IMG/VR virus record: IMGVR_UViG_2645727604_000006
DNA length: 46,540 nt
DNA from: a virus
Taxonomy: Duplodnaviria > Heunggongvirae > Uroviricota > Caudoviricetes
Reading direction: 5' to 3' (one strand)
Below are positions 46,002 to 46,540 of the stretch, one piece after another. The notes below the pieces were generated by a model. It was not told the DNA's origin, made no database searches, and saw only the letters and a list, made by a program, of their open reading frames with translations. Position numbers and translations under genes: made by a program. Position 1 is the first letter of the stretch, and each line of letters begins with the position of its first letter.

Positions 46002-46540
46002 ATGCGTAAAGTTTGTGCAGCAATTTTGTCCGCAGCCATTTGTCTGGCCGTATCCGGTGCGCCTGCATGGGCGTCTGAACATCAGTCCACACTGAGCGCG
46101 GGGTATCTTCATGCCCGGACGAACGCTCCCGGTAGCGATAATCTTAACGGGATTAACGTGAAATACCGTTATGAATTTACGGACACGCTGGGGCTGGTGA
46201 CGTCATTCAGCTATGCAGGAGACAAGAATCGCCAGCTTACCCGTTACAGCGATACCCGCTGGCATGAAGATTCCGTGCGTAACCGCTGGTTCAGCGTAAT
46301 GGCGGGGCCGTCTGTGCGCGTGAATGAATGGTTCAGCGCGTATGCGATGGCGGGTGTGGCTTACAGCCGTGTGTCGACTTTCTCCGGGGATTATCTTCGC
46401 GTAACTGACAACAAGGGGAAAACGCACGATGTGCTGACCGGAAGTGATGACGGTCGCCACAGCGACACCTCTCTGGCGTGGGGAGCTGGCGTGCAGTTTA
46501 ACCCGACCGAATCCGTGGCCATTGATATTGCTTATGAAGG
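46002..46540 (+). CDS. lom: Lom-like outer membrane protein (Ail/Lom family), 3' end beyond the window
   Basis: Signal peptide then [45 protein letters not shown]...[27 protein letters not shown], closely matching lambda Lom as recalled. The ORF is still open at 46540. Confidence 0.8.

Overview
This window is a mosaic of two tailed-phage genomes from an Enterobacteriaceae (E. coli-like) host; nearly all genes are on the + strand. No search tools were run: every family assignment is from motifs recognised by eye and needs verification. (1) 1-16556 is the structural arm of a Mu-like/e14-like myovirus prophage: head protease/scaffold I, major head T, sheath, tube, chaperone, tape measure, DNA-circulation protein, baseplate proteins, and a tail-fibre invertible segment (S/U on +, U'/S' inverted on -) flanked by inverted 26-bp crossover sites and followed by a Din-family invertase gene truncated after 31 codons. 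(2) 16557-46540 is a lambdoid (phage 21/82/lambda-like) prophage segment: rha, a putative replication initiator with iteron-like repeats, a PerC-like regulator, a phage Dam methylase, a LexA DNA-binding-domain-only protein, RusA, KilA-N, DUF968, Q, an S21-type pinholin / SAR endolysin / Rz-Rz1 lysis cassette, a candidate cos region, terminase, portal, a protease-capsid fusion, a lambda-type tail (Z, U, V, G-T, H, M, L, K, I, J) and lom running off the window end. No integrase, att site, immunity repressor, tRNA, rRNA or CRISPR array was seen. The best candidates for something new are the cargo island between Q and the lysis genes (reverse-strand lipoprotein, small wHTH protein, orphan beta-class N6-adenine methyltransferase), the fused-prophage junction with its frozen invertible switch, and the lipoprotein moron between tail genes I and J. 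I cannot show from sequence alone that any of these is a previously undescribed system.
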